Under the pieces are notes generated by a model. The model was given only the letters and a program-made list of their open reading frames with translations. It made no database searches and was not told the DNA's origin. The position numbers and the translations under genes were made by a program. Of a stretch of DNA of 64,000 bases, positions 1-13,199 are shown in pieces (the stretch's first letter is position 1; every line of letters begins with the position of its first letter). The DNA comes from Tubulanus polymorphus (Eukaryota > Animalia > Nemertea): assembly GCF_964204645.1 (NCBI RefSeq), contig NC_134032.1, positions 1,918,416 to 1,982,415 on the forward strand. Direction: 5' to 3'.

Positions 1-652
1 ATCAATATTCAAATCCATAACGACTTTATTGATCGATAACAACATCTAATTCATATCATATCATTCATTACCGACAATATGAAGCGATTTGTAAGCGATT
101 TTTTAGGAGTCAATAAACGTTTAAGTTGGTTTCCTGATCAAACTTGGGCGAGTGGTTATGAAAATAAACATCCTATGATTAAGCATACATTATTGACACT
201 TTTGTGAAAAGAAACAATTTTTTTAGTGCCACTTTGGAGACTATACGATCCTCGTGTCATCACCAGAATCAGTGAACGCATAAAGCCCGTGGATTTAACG
301 AGAAGCTGATTTTTGCCTTTTTGCCTTTTGCCTTAAACGATGTACAAAAAACAAGCATCGTCACCGTTAATGGTCTATCATTACCGTATGCTACCGGCGG
401 GATTGACGGCATCTAATTGGATCAGCAGGATCAACGGGGAGCTCGTAATCCTATACTCCCGGCAATCGGCAAGATCAACCAGGTGTTAATGTTACTGTGT
501 TGCAATTGACGATTCTGCGTGTATGTGTGGAAATCGAGGATTCGCGATTAAGTAATGTCAATTTACCATGAATGAAACACTGTATCAGTGTTGCGACGAT
601 GATGCGTTGAGAATATGTTGAGAATAAGGCCAGTCATTAACAGGAATGCAAA

Positions 653-1267
653 TATTCCTGAAGATGACTATTAGGATATAGTCGAAACGTTGAATAAACT
701 ACACTAGCTCAAGGAATACAATATTCCTGAAGATGACTATTAGGATATAGTCGAAACGTTGAATAAACTACACTAGCTCAAGTAATACAGTATTCCTGAA
801 GATGACTATTAGAATATAGTCGAAACGTTGAATAAACTACACTAGCTCAAGTAATACAGTATTCCTGAAGATGACAATTAGGATATAGTCGAAACGTTGA
901 ATAAACTAAACTAGCTCAAGGAATGCAGTATTCCTGAAGATGACTATTAGGATATAGTCGAAACGTTGAATAAACTACACTAGCTCAAGGAATGCAGTAT
1001 TCCTGAAGACGACTATTAGGATATAGTCGAAACGTTGAATAAACTACACTAGCTCAAGGAATACAGTATTCCTGAAGATGACTATTAGGATATAGTCGAA
1101 ACGTTGAATAAACTACACTAGCTCAAGGAATACAGTATTCCTGAAGATGACTATTAGGATATAGTCGAAACGTAGAATAAACTACACTAGCTCAAGGAAT
1201 ACAGTATTCCTGAAGATGACTATTAGGATATAGTCGAAACGTCGAATATAAACTACAATAGCTCAAG
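653..1267 (+). ncRNA. Tandem array of nine 69-bp units, each a minimal type I hammerhead ribozyme motif (Penelope/retrozyme-like)
   Basis: Unit: TATTC-CTGAAGA-T-GACTAT(TAGGAT)ATAGTC-GAAAC-GTH-GAATA..., i.e. stem I TATTC/GAATA, CUGANGA core, 6-bp stem II, GAAA, GUH triplet. TATTC starts at 653, 722, 791, 860, 929, 998, 1067, 1136, 1205. Confidence 0.8.
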
Positions 1268-1440
1268 AAAAATATTTTCGGACTTAATCTCTTTTTCGTT
1301 ATAATTGTGGGATTCTCGACACAAGGGGATGTAAGTGTCCAGTAGGATTTCAAAATTTTCAGCAATTGGGGAAAGGAACATTTGGCAAGTTGCCAGTACC
1401 CCATTCGCCTCCTCCTCTGAACATATCGATTGAACCGATT

Positions 1441-1560
1441 AATTATTATTATTATTATTATTATTATAATTATTATTGATTAGCATTATTATTATTGTTA
1501 GCATTATTATTATTATTATTATCATTATTATTATTGATTAGCATAATTATTATTGTTAGC
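1441..1560. repeat. (ATT)n microsatellite, imperfect
   Basis: Direct reading of interrupted ATT repeats. Confidence 0.9.
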
Positions 1561-2117
1561 ATTAAGATTATCAATAGCATTATTTATAAGTATCACTGCA
1601 CATTCCCCTGCACTCTGCACAAGGTTCCAGCGCCTTAATTTTATGTACAGCCTGTTGGCTTGCACTGGATACCTCGTAACCGGTTTACGAAAATAAATCA
1701 TTATTATTATTATTATTATGAATTCTAGAAAGGTCAACACGATACTCGAGCTTAATGGGCTCCATTTGGTTTTGAGCTGTTATGATTGAGTGGCCGCGAG
1801 AGGGTCGCCTCGATTTATACCCGAAAACAAGCATATTGAAGCAAAGGACATGCGGATGATACGTGTTCAGGGCAAGAGTAGCTGCTATAATGATATAGAT
1901 AAGCCGAAGTGGCAGTCTAGACGGTTTCGCCGATTAACCCGTCCGGAGCCTGGAACCATCCGACCCTCCTCACATCTAGGTCTAGGTTCCAGACCTAGTT
2001 TAGTCCCGTGGAGTGCGGGTTTCAAAAATTTGATCCTCAGATTAATCAGTGATCTCTGTTCTCGTAACGAAGGTCAAGTAATTGAACAAATTTAACCGAT
2101 ATATGACAAGATATATG

Positions 2118-2183
2118 ACTGGTCTACTGGTTAGCACGCTAGCTTTCCAAACACGAGACCCGGGTTCGAGTCGCGGCTAGTGC
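2118..2183 (+). mobile_element. tRNA-derived (Gly-like) SINE head or tRNA pseudogene
   Basis: A-box-like TGGTCTACTGG, CTTTCCAA anticodon-like loop and B-box GGTTCGAGTC, but the acceptor stem is imperfect. A similar degenerate head lies on the minus strand near 5200-5280. Confidence 0.5.
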
Positions 2184-2945
2184 GCGTTATTTCATCGTCA
2201 TTTCTCTTGATCAATGATCTTTTTTGTCCGGTTAACATTTCACTTTTTACTTATTACTCAAAGTTGTCTTTTTGCCGAGGTCCGTCCGAACCGGCCCCAC
2301 CTCGAAGGTCCTGTAATTCGACAGTTGTCAAGTTGACAAGTAGAACTAATGGCAGACCGTCAGCGTATAAAAACTAAACGATTACTTGCTGTTAATTACA
2401 ACTATGACAGCTGATAGAATTTCTGTTGTCCACAACTTCGGAAAATTCAGATTTTTGCTCAGTTATAGTTTCTCCAGGCAACAGCTGCAAACTCATTGTT
2501 AAACACACAGCTGCAGCTATTGAATTAGTAATTTCCTATATTTCAAATGTCCGTTTTTTATTGAAACGTATATACGCGATTTCAAATCGATTTTCTACTT
2601 TAACCAACGAACCGTTGACCTGGTGGCAAAGGAAAATTATACCCGGGTCAAATAAATCATGGTTGTCATCTTTTTCTGGAAATACCCGTGAAGTCATTAC
2701 GGATGACCGATCTATGGCCGTGTTTTCTGGAACAAGTAGTTGATGATGTCATAGGGGGGTTTATGGAGGCAGCCATATTTCCTGGAAGTGCCTATATAAC
2801 AATTGATTTCGTGATGTCATTGGAGGATGCCAGAATGATGTACTGGCGACATCTTCCGTAAGTGTCTATTTGACGATGCCACATGGAAGGTTGAGACGGG
2901 AAAGCTCCAAAGAGGTCATACTTGTGAAGATAAGGGCATTGACCA

Positions 2946-3078
2946 GGGGCCGGTTGCACAGTCATGGCTTAGACTTAAGACCAGTCTAAGACCAACTTAG
3001 TGCTATAGTCAATCTAACAACTTAAGACCAGTCTTAAGATTATAAGACCACTTTTTGACTGAAGTCACAACTGGCCCC
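2946..3078. mobile_element. MITE (GGGGCC termini, internal CTTAAGACC repeats)
   Basis: Terminal inverted repeats ggggccggttg / caactggcccc; two more copies at 63598-63868. Confidence 0.7.
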
Positions 3079-4309
3079 AAATACGCCTCATAAAATTCCT
3101 GAGAAGTTTTTCAAACGGTCGACTCATTCACTCGATGAAGCTCCCTAGATCGATGTCTGCGGGAATTGTCACTCTGTCCGGAATTAAAGCCAGTACACGA
3201 TAAACCGCGCGATCCCTACGTCGTCAAAGGTCTTTTTTTTCATTATCAGTTACAGGTCGCGCAAAACATCGTCGGAATTATTATCAATCTCGCGAGATAT
3301 TGCGTTATCTGGTGATCGCATTTGACGCGATGCAGGGCGGCGCGCATTGTTCACGATGACTCCGCGCAAGAATAATCGGATGAAATTGCGCCGGTGACAC
3401 GAGTTGGTGGCAATATCTCTGTGACATATACAACACCTTTTAAACAACAGCAAATTACCGCCTCCGACACGACCGAATCGCCCCTAGATATTTAGCCCTC
3501 TACAGGAACGTCGGCTATTGCCTTAAGCCCCAATAACATCCATCAACCTAACCCTTCGATTCATCCATGAGATGTTATTAGTATTTCCATAAGCGCCTCT
3601 GACCCATCGTGTTTAGAAAAGAAAAGATGGCCGCCTTCACGAATTGCGTGTGACGTCGCCAAATTACCACTGATCCCTACTTTCAGAAACAATGGTTACC
3701 CGCCTCCCGACATTGCACTCTGATTGGTTTCCATAGATAAGTGGCTGTCCAATATCAATTAGTCGACAAAAACCCACGATACAAAAGAAAAACTATCTGA
3801 TAATTTCACGTTTCGACTCAAATCTATGAGCCATTTTCAAAAACTGTTTTCAAAAACCAATTGCACTCTGAGATTATCAAATTGGTCTCTGGGCGCTTGA
3901 AAAGCAGCTCCCCGGATCCGCCGGTGAACCCGTCACGCCAAGATATTTACCAAAAGAATGGTTACTTCAATTCTTTTACCGACACCATCAAATTCTCGAA
4001 AAAATTTTTTCCCAGAAACGATGACGAATTCCATGATTCCGCCTACGTTTCATATCCGTAATTTGCGAAATCTGTTGACATGTTTTTATGTAATGGACTG
4101 AAAATAAATATTATTATTATTATTATCATAATTATTATCGCTATGATTTCATCAAATCGCTTTACAAGAATGATATTGTCAACAGCCACTATAACGACGA
4201 AAAACCTAGAAAGGTTTTTGCAGCTATCCAGGTTATTCAGAAGGTAAATACTATTATGTACAAGCACTTTCTCAGCTGAAACACGATTCTCACGATAGGT
4301 AACGCAAGG

Positions 4310-4325
4310 GAGAGGAGGGAGGAAG

Positions 4326-4399
<74 letters not shown>

Positions 4400-4687
4400 C
4401 AAGGAGGCACAGTAGCAGAGAGGAGAGGAGAGGAGAGGAGAGGAGAGGGAGGGAGGGAGAGGGAGAGGAGAGGAGAGGAGAGGGAGAGAGGAGAGGGAGA
4501 GGAGGGGGAGAGGGAGAGGGAGAGGAGAGGAGAGGAGAGGAGGGAGAGGGAGAGGGAGAGAGGGAGAGAGGAGAGGGAGAGGAGAGAGGGAGAGGGAGAG
4601 AGGGAGAGGGAGAGGAGAGAGGGAGAGGGAGGAGAGAGAGAGAGGGAGAGAGGAGAGGGAGAGGAGAGGGAGGGAGGGGAGGGAGGG

Positions 4688-4756
<69 letters not shown>
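4310..4756. repeat. Polypurine (GA)n/(GGAGA)n tract with a short (AAT)n insert
   Basis: About 340 nt of purine-only sequence at 4417-4756; it explains the spurious L/S/P ORF 4043..4819. Confidence 0.95.
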
Positions 4757-4760
<4 letters not shown>

Positions 4761-6622
4761 GAAATATAAACTATATTATGCTTATCAAAGAAAATGGACA
4801 CCACTTGGCCAAATGCCAAAGACAGGTAGGCTGTTTATATGCTTCAGTAGAGATGGATATGAAAGCTTTAACAAAGAAGAAATGATTAACCTGTGCATGG
4901 CTTATGTAGGTATGAAAATATCCTAGACCAATAAACCCCCTCGACGTGGGTCCAGATCTGGAGAGGAAGAAACGAGGTGATTTATTTTTATAGCTGTCCA
5001 ACTCTACCGAGTAAGTGAATGCTAGTATGTTCAAAAGAATCAAGTTAGCAGTATCATTTATTCAAAAGATTATCAAAGGTTGATCAAAGATTATCCAAAG
5101 GATGATCATATCAGTACCTCGCCTGCCTAAGAGTAGCCCCAACCTAACCGTAGCGCACGCTCACTCACAACCCTAAATCTAGGTCGCTCGTAATCCTAAC
5201 CCTAGCAGGAGTCGAACGCGACCTCCAACATGCCAGCTGAGAACGCTAACCGTCTCGGTTACCTAGGTCTAGTGGCAAACAGTTTGTAAATATGTCTGGT
5301 TAATGTGGTGGCGACCAGTCAGGTGCGGTCGACACTTTATTGAACAACTTGATGACTGCTATTACCTGGATTGAAGATCTTCCAAGCGATGAATAATTTA
5401 TTAAGGGGTTTACTGCAGGATTTCTCTGGAATTCAAGTTGTTACAGTTATATAGGATTGTAACTGCTACAGCACCAGAAAAACTAGGTGCAATTCTGGTC
5501 AATCTAAATTCAAAGATAGGCGCGAATAAGGCTAGCCCGGATATCGGATTTAGACGGATCTACAGTCGCTACCACTGTCATAGAAACAATCAGAAAAGAA
5601 ACTGTAGATACATTGGTCGATCGACTTCAAACATTGTGATTGCCCATAGGACAGTGGTTGAGATGATCGAGGGCACGTGTTGTATGGAAATATGTACCAG
5701 TTAATATGTTATCGATGATGTTAATTTATCTGACAGCGCCATTGTCAGAGGAGAAACTTTTTTGATAAATAAACAAAATAAAATAGTTTTATGGCTAAGC
5801 TATCGAAAAGTCCATTGCATCGATCGCATTAAAATGATTTACATATGCAAATCTCTCCGACAAAAAGTTCACTTCAAACGAACATTGTCAAACGAAAAAA
5901 AAAAAATAACTGGAATGAATTTAATTCGTCAACAAATTATCATACGCTGAAATTTCCTTGCCGCTGAATTTGACACTTATCGACAATGGACGAATTTCGA
6001 TTGAATTCGACTCTCAACACCTGCCTTTGTTCTGCAGTTTAATCTGGAAAATACTCTAATAAATTGTTATCTTCATTCCTTTCCTGTTCCTTTCCATTTC
6101 AAAACGCCTATCACAAAATTGTTTTTTTTTTAAATTTTCCCCTTCGCCCTCTTACTTATTTCTTGAAAAATTCGTACTCCAAGTAACCTAAAAAAGGCAT
6201 AACTTAGTCAAGAAAACTATATTCAAGGAAACTTTTCGGGCTAAATTTTCTTATCTATATTGAGGGATTTCTACCGCTAGTTCAAGAATTATAAGTTCTT
6301 TTTTCGAGTTGAAATTAGCTCATTTTCGAAAGAAATCCTAACCTGAACGGTCCACATTCACACCAATCATTAACTCTTCTTTCGCTATTAACTCAATTTG
6401 ATTTCTTAATGGTTTCAGTTTATCGAAAATAGATTCAGGAGTTAGAACGATAACCACACTAAAACGTGGTGAACGGATAATAAGATAAAAACCCATTATC
6501 TACAGATTAAAAGAATTACTTCATGCCTTGCCAAACACTAATTATTTACTCACTCACCAATTTACTCAATTTTAACCTGTTCTCCTCTGTATATATATAC
6601 CCCTGTTTTTAGCCTATATCTC

Positions 6623-6664
6623 ACACCTGACGATGATCTCTAGTGTGAGATCGAAACGCCGTGT
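6623..6664 (+). mobile_element. Penelope-like element terminus relic with a degenerate hammerhead motif
   Basis: ACAC-CTGACGA-T-GATCTC(TAGTGT)GAGATC-GAAAC-GCC-GTGT, followed by AATAAA and a GTGGGTTTTT motif. The cleavage triplet is GCC rather than GUH. Confidence 0.55.
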
Positions 6665-7436
6665 ATTCTATATATTTTAGATTGAATGAATAAATTCTTG
6701 TTTTTAAATTCTTTTAATCTGTAGATAGTGGGTTTTTATCTTGTAATTCAGGAGTTACTCATTTTAGTCGAGCTAGGCCCATCAGTTCCGAGTTCATTTC
6801 TCAAATTTCCGATTCAGAAATGCCGATTTTTTAAAAACTTTTTAATAATTTTCAACTTAGAGAAAATACATTACGGTAACGTCACCGAGGCCTTCGCCCT
6901 CGTCAACCCGGCCGCGCAAATGCGTCAATTACGGCGCCAAAGAATAGGATCCTACGGCAAAAAAAAAAAAACGTCACGAGTTACGATTTGTGAAACGGCG
7001 CCGCGCGAGCACCGGGCGAGTGGTACCGGGGGTGTTAAGTGATGGCTGAAAATTACTCGTCGTAATGTTTTTTTTGCGCGGAAAACACAAGTTGTCGTCA
7101 GTTTATCATCAGCGAGACCACTCGAAACCGGCAGTCGAGAGTACAGTACAAACTGTGCGTGTATGTATGGAAATATATCATTGCCTGATGAAATTGTCTT
7201 TTTCGTCGCCGATAAACGCGACTGTCAAAAATGGGGCGCCGGACGCAACGTTACGGGAAAAAATACATCCACGATCTGTCCGAAGTAGATCTTCGAGTCG
7301 TTTAACAGTTGAATGTTTAGCTACCGTCGAATTAAACCCACCCGACCGGTGTGAACCCGCTGCATTCTGAGTCAAATATCCAGGCCCTATGGTTTTAAAA
7401 ACCCAACAACAGAAGCGGATTTTGATTCGGGGTCAA

Positions 7437-8020
7437 AATTGTATCCACACAACTGTGGATCTAGGTCCACACGGTTGGAAATGAAATCCACACGTGGAAC
7501 TGGTGTTTTCGGAGCCATATATGGTCATAAATTGTCGACACACTGTGGAACTGAATTCATGTTTGGAAAAATCAAACCCACACAACCGTGGAACCGGGTT
7601 CACGTGGATCAAATCCACACAACTGTGGAACCGGGTTCTCGAGGACAATCCCTATTTATGGTGAAAATTGCATCCACACTGTGGATCTGGGTTCGTATGG
7701 TTTGGAACCAAATCCACATAACAGTGGAACTGGTCCACGTGGATCAAATCCACACAACTGTGGAACTGGGTTCTCATGGTTTGGAATCAAATCCACATAA
7801 CTGCGGAACTGGGTCCACGTGGATCAAATCCACACAACTGTGGAACTGGGTTCTCATGGTTTGGAATCAAATCCACATAACTGTGGAACTGGGTCCACGT
7901 GGATCAAATCCACACTGGAACTGGAGTGTTGTAAGTGCCATATATTGTGAAAATTGTATCCACACTGTGGATCTGGGTTCGCATGGTTTTGAATCAAACC
8001 CACATAACTGTGGATCTGGG
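7437..8020. repeat. Imperfect minisatellite built from the TCCACACAACTGTGGAACTGGG motif
   Basis: Repeated aatccacacaactgtggaactggg; the same motif is the terminus of MITEs at 20740-20856, 31565-31672 and 55365-55742. Confidence 0.85.
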
Positions 8021-9989
8021 GCCATATACGATCAAACCAAATAGATTTTGTGTGCGTGTACTCACGGGGATCGACTAACAACAAAAAAAAACACAGAGTC
8101 TAATTATTTCGACATGGGAGTAAAAAAGGCGTGTTTAGCTTTTAAAAGCGCGCTACTGCACACAAATTAGGAATGTGAAGAGTGCTAGAAAACATTAAGC
8201 GTTTACCGAGTACATAAACTTCTGTTGGTATAACGCGGCGGCGACGAGTTGAAATGTGATGACATACAATATTCAAACACATCAGCAGCAAACCGTACGC
8301 GGTGAGTCTGTCAGCACCAACGCGCGTCTAATAAATACCTCCACCGCCTATACCCCTAGTCCCTTCTACGGGGCGGGTCGAGATCGCCATAAAATTACAT
8401 CGGAGCCGCCCGTGCTTCGCGATCGCCGTCTACCCCTTACTCGCCTCCCCTCCCCTCTCTCTCCCTCTGCTTTCCGCCCATTCCCTGCCCTGAACTTCGA
8501 TGATACCATTTAGGCTTCCCAGCTTGTGACAATCGGCCTTGGGCAAGGACTAAGAAGCCAGTTGAAAACGGACCTTTATTTTTCCTTATGACTCCCTCTA
8601 CCGACTTCCCTACATTTGCCCCTGCCTCTCTCCCTCTCTCTCTCTCTCCCTCTCTCTCCCTCTCTCTCGCTCTTTCCCATCACCGGGGTATGAGAAATAA
8701 ATCTAAATGTCAAGTTTATGACGCAACCGAACAAATTACAGCGCCACGAAAACCAAAAATCGCTCAGATACCAAGGTCAAGGTCGTCAATGGCGTCGTGA
8801 CGCCGATGGTACTTCCATATCGTTAATTCGGTCAGATTTGAACGATAATCCATAATCCCGGTCCACGAGAGAGTGCGAATTAACCAGTACCCTAGTGAAT
8901 ACACCCAGAAGCCGTTGTCGAGCGGAGTACGGCCACTGCGCGCGGGGTAATCGGCGCGCGCACTGCAGCTCTGCATCGGGCGAACGGCGTTTCAAGAAAA
9001 ATATGACCTGTCATTCGCAATTAGGGCGTCGTTGATCAACGAAAAATTGGCATAAATTCGCTTGAATTTTGAGCACCGGGAAATATCTAATAAGTCAGAG
9101 TTATCGTGCGGAATATCTTGCAATTAGAGGCCGCGCATTCCCGCATATAAACCGAGCTAATACGCGAACAGAAAAAAAGCCGTATGAAACTAAAAATCAG
9201 CTGTATTCATATAGATAAACTGCTTTTATGGACAAAACATAATGATATGTACAGGTGTATGTACAGAATCTATACGGGACAATATCCATTAGGTAGCTAA
9301 CTAAGTATGTTTCTATAGCGATACTTTCAATTAGGCCCTATACACAGTTGGCCAATCTACGCGATGAATTAATTAAAACCCGATCGACCGAACCGAACGG
9401 ACATCCAGTTTGAAATCAGGGAAATAGGACGTTACCGGTAAATATCGCGGAAGTATAAATCGATTTGACCGAATTGACCGACGTACCGAGTGACGCGCGT
9501 CCACGTCGTACCAAAATACGTTAATTATTAATTCCTTTAAAATAAAACCTACAAAAAGATTTATTGAATTTAACACTAGAAAGCTAAACCCATAGTCGAT
9601 ACTACTTCATAATTCATTGCTGGAAAACTTCTCTTTTTTTCATTTCAAATAACTTATCGATTTATTCCGCTCGTCTGAAATTTGAGTCGGCTAGTGTCAC
9701 GTGACCCGCGAACAGACGGAAGCCAGACGGAAATTTCGGAACAATCTACGACGGCGTTTTATATCGGCGAAGCTCCGCAATAACGCGCGTACGTAGTTTG
9801 CGTGAGATCCTCCGCAGAAAAATGTTTCGAAAAAAATCATTAGCGTTTTAAAAATGGCGCATACCGTTAAATTGGCTTTTTGTGGGTCTCGTCGCGGGTG
9901 CATGTATATTCTTGATTGGCTTCGTTTAATGCGCACTCGCTTACAAAACTACCGAAAATTACCGTTTGATATTCTTGATAAACCTACTC

Positions 9990-10255
<266 letters not shown>

Positions 10256-12863
10256 CACTTTGAACGATGGCTAAAAAGTAGTTCTACCGAAGAAAAATTC
10301 AAATGGATCCAATCAAATTATGCTCTCCAATTTTCAGAAAGCTCGGAAGAGATAGCTGCATTTACGTTTTCCCCCTTTGACATCATCGAATCAGCCCTTT
10401 ACAGATGCCGCTTGCCGGATAGATTCAAAAATATGACGTCAGCAATCGACTTTCGCAGAACGGATGACTGCCTCCGCGAATCGCGTAAGGCATCTTAAAA
10501 ATGTTCTTTCCAAAAACGACCGATGTCTTCCCGAACATAGATAAACACTTCAAATAGAAATCGTTTCCTAAAAGCTATTGATCCTCTCAGAGAAGATATC
10601 GATGTATCTGTATAAACAGTTACATACGTAGGATTAAACCCTAGCGATATTACACCGAGAATCTTAGTGTCTGATGTACCACAGAATATCATTTTTTGAT
10701 CCATTTGAAACTGTATTGAAGGATATCCAAAAAGTCTGCATTGAGAGGGGTTCCTGAGAGAAAAAGGCTCCCAATTTGTCTCCATGCCTACCAACTGAAG
10801 TTTGGTAGCTAGACATGGAAACATATTGTAAAACTTACAAATCATGGAGTCACTTCTCTTCATTTAACCCCTTTCAGTGAACACTTTTTGGATATCCATC
10901 AACACAGTTTCTAATATATTAAAAATTGATGATTTAGGTCGACTGCCAGTCCTTTCTGGTCCTATTAACACCTTTATTAGGGGTATGTACTACCAAAAAT
11001 GAGCGAGCAAGGCCACCCGGAATGCTTTCAAGTCAGGTTGAAATAGACATTAGAAGCGCGTATTTCATATCGATAAAAATATCATCGGTTTGAGATTTGA
11101 TACTGAATCGGAGAGAATGCTAGTTGAGAGGTGTTCAGATCGGTGCGGAGTGGGAAACACGGTACAATACGTGACGTATATTCGTTGTGGAAGGACGGAG
11201 ATAAGTGCTACCTCCCACCTCTCTTCAAGTCACCTCTCCCTCGCTACCTAACTGTTAGCGAGGATTCACCATGTGCGCTGGTGTGCACATAGGACACCGG
11301 CATGCTGTGGCAGTCGAGGATTCTGATACGTGTGGCAAGCGAATTACGTTTCAATAAACTGAAATTAACTTTTTTAGCAAATCAACCCGCAGCTCTCCCA
11401 CCAGATGGCGCGACGAGCACTCGGCCACACGCTATCAAAATCAATGAATTTTCAATGAACTTTGAACAGAATTCTTAGACTCCCGAATCCATATATTACC
11501 ACAACACCAAATATAGAATACTTTCATTCTTCTACTCAGATTTCGGTTTAGTTTTCATTGAATCGATTCATTTACTATAAAAGTTCATTCAGATGTTATT
11601 GAAATGTAGAAAAAGTCGAACGCGGTCAACGGCTTGGTTCAGATGTGACTGAGCTTGATCTCTGTCGATGTTCGGGGTCTTTCGGATCCAGAACCTTAAC
11701 CAATCCTCTAATTCCCCCTCCTTACCCCCTACCCCTGTCTCTGTCTACAATATTGTTTTCAATAGAAACTAAGCGAAAAACAAACAACACGTTTCCTAAC
11801 TAACGCATCGTATATACGCACGACTACTAGCGAGTTGATACTATTGACAGATTTATCAAATGAAGAGCGTTTAGAAAATCGATTTCCGAACTCGAGGGGG
11901 CGCGGTTGCATATTTTGAATCGGGATAAAGAAACAAAAATATATAAGCTACAAAAAGCTATCGATATTCCTATTCCTTAGACATATGGGCCTTAACGGTA
12001 CCAGCTGCAACGACTCGGAGATATCGTGTTTTACGGCGTTTCTTCTTGGCGCGATATCCAGTGAGTCTACGTTTAGTAATATCATGTGTAACCTTCTTCC
12101 TAATAACTTCGAGATTCAGCAAAATTACGATTAGTCTCCTTCTCATTCGGATAACGCCATAAGTCAGTAAAATTATGATGATGAGTTACTAAATGACGAT
12201 CTGCTTTCTCATGCTCGATTCATTTCACTTAGCTATTTTAACTATGACCCGGTACAAAATGGCGGTCATTTCACTCCTAGGAAATTTCTACGGTCGATTC
12301 ATTAGAATTACGAATAGGTTCTAATGACGACCATCTGGGGCCAGTTTCACAAAGCGGCGTAATTAGTCACAATCATTATTTGGAAGTGAATTTTAAATGA
12401 ATTTCCCCTAATTATGATTAATCAACGATTAAAATTAGGTCTGGCTCAATGGTTTAATTACAAAATATTCACCAAAAAAAGAAAAAAATAAAAATAAAAC
12501 TTAATACATGATTACAATTTTACTGTATTGAGCCGGTGTTATTGAAATTACTGGCAGCTTAACTGACAACCAGTAAAAACCCACAGTTTGAGGATTAAAC
12601 CATTTCATTTCTGTCAATTTCGTAGTTTTGACTATAAACAACTTCATCTGAGAAACCGTCTGAGGATTGGGTGAGATTGACAGCTGCATAAGGTGTCTCA
12701 AATCTGAGAGGGTGACAAAATTTTTTGAATGGCAGCAGCTCGTCTTCAGATTGTTACTTAACCTCGTGAAATCGGGATTATTTTCAAGCGGCGATTCTTT
12801 ATTTAAACACCGATGCGTTGACAAAATTCAGTATCATATCCGTGAACAAAATCAACAATCTTA

Positions 12864-13199
12864 GCAGCGGCGGATCCAGCATTCCATGGAGGGGGTGCAC
12901 AAATCTAAATAGGGGGTGTGGAAAATTTTCAAAATAAGACGCGCGGAGGAGGCGTGTTCCGGGCACGATCAGAGTACGATTTAACTCGCAATTCGGATAG
13001 TGATTCTCACAACTTTCATGAATGTAGGACTGCCGTAAAAAAGCGCAGGTAATTGTAAACGACGACATCAGTTTATGCATTTTCAGGGATTTTTCACATG
13101 CTTGTCTTCGTTCTCACGGAATGGTCAGTCCATAAAAAATTAGCGAGGACTTTAGGGGGGTGCACGTGCCCCCTGTGCACCCCCTGGATTCGCCGCTGC
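12864..13199. mobile_element. MITE, PIF/Harbinger-like (TTA target-site duplication)
   Basis: TIRs gcagcggcggatccag / ctggattcgccgctgc, flanked by TTA at 12861-12863 and 13200-13202. Confidence 0.65.

Noticed and set aside
653-1267. CRISPR-like array
   Set aside because: Units are near-identical along their whole length with no unique spacers, and the context is eukaryotic with no cas genes.
2118-2183. Functional tRNA-Gly gene
   Set aside because: Acceptor and anticodon stems do not pair properly; treated as a SINE head or pseudogene.
4043-4819. 258-aa Leu/Ser/Pro-rich ORF
   Set aside because: Translation of the GA-rich microsatellite.
4790-5050. Possible LINE endonuclease remnant
   Set aside because: Only vague motif resemblance with stops and frameshifts; cannot be supported without a search.
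7439-8044. 201-aa repetitive ORF
   Set aside because: Lies wholly in a MITE-terminus-derived minisatellite, with no splice or homology support.
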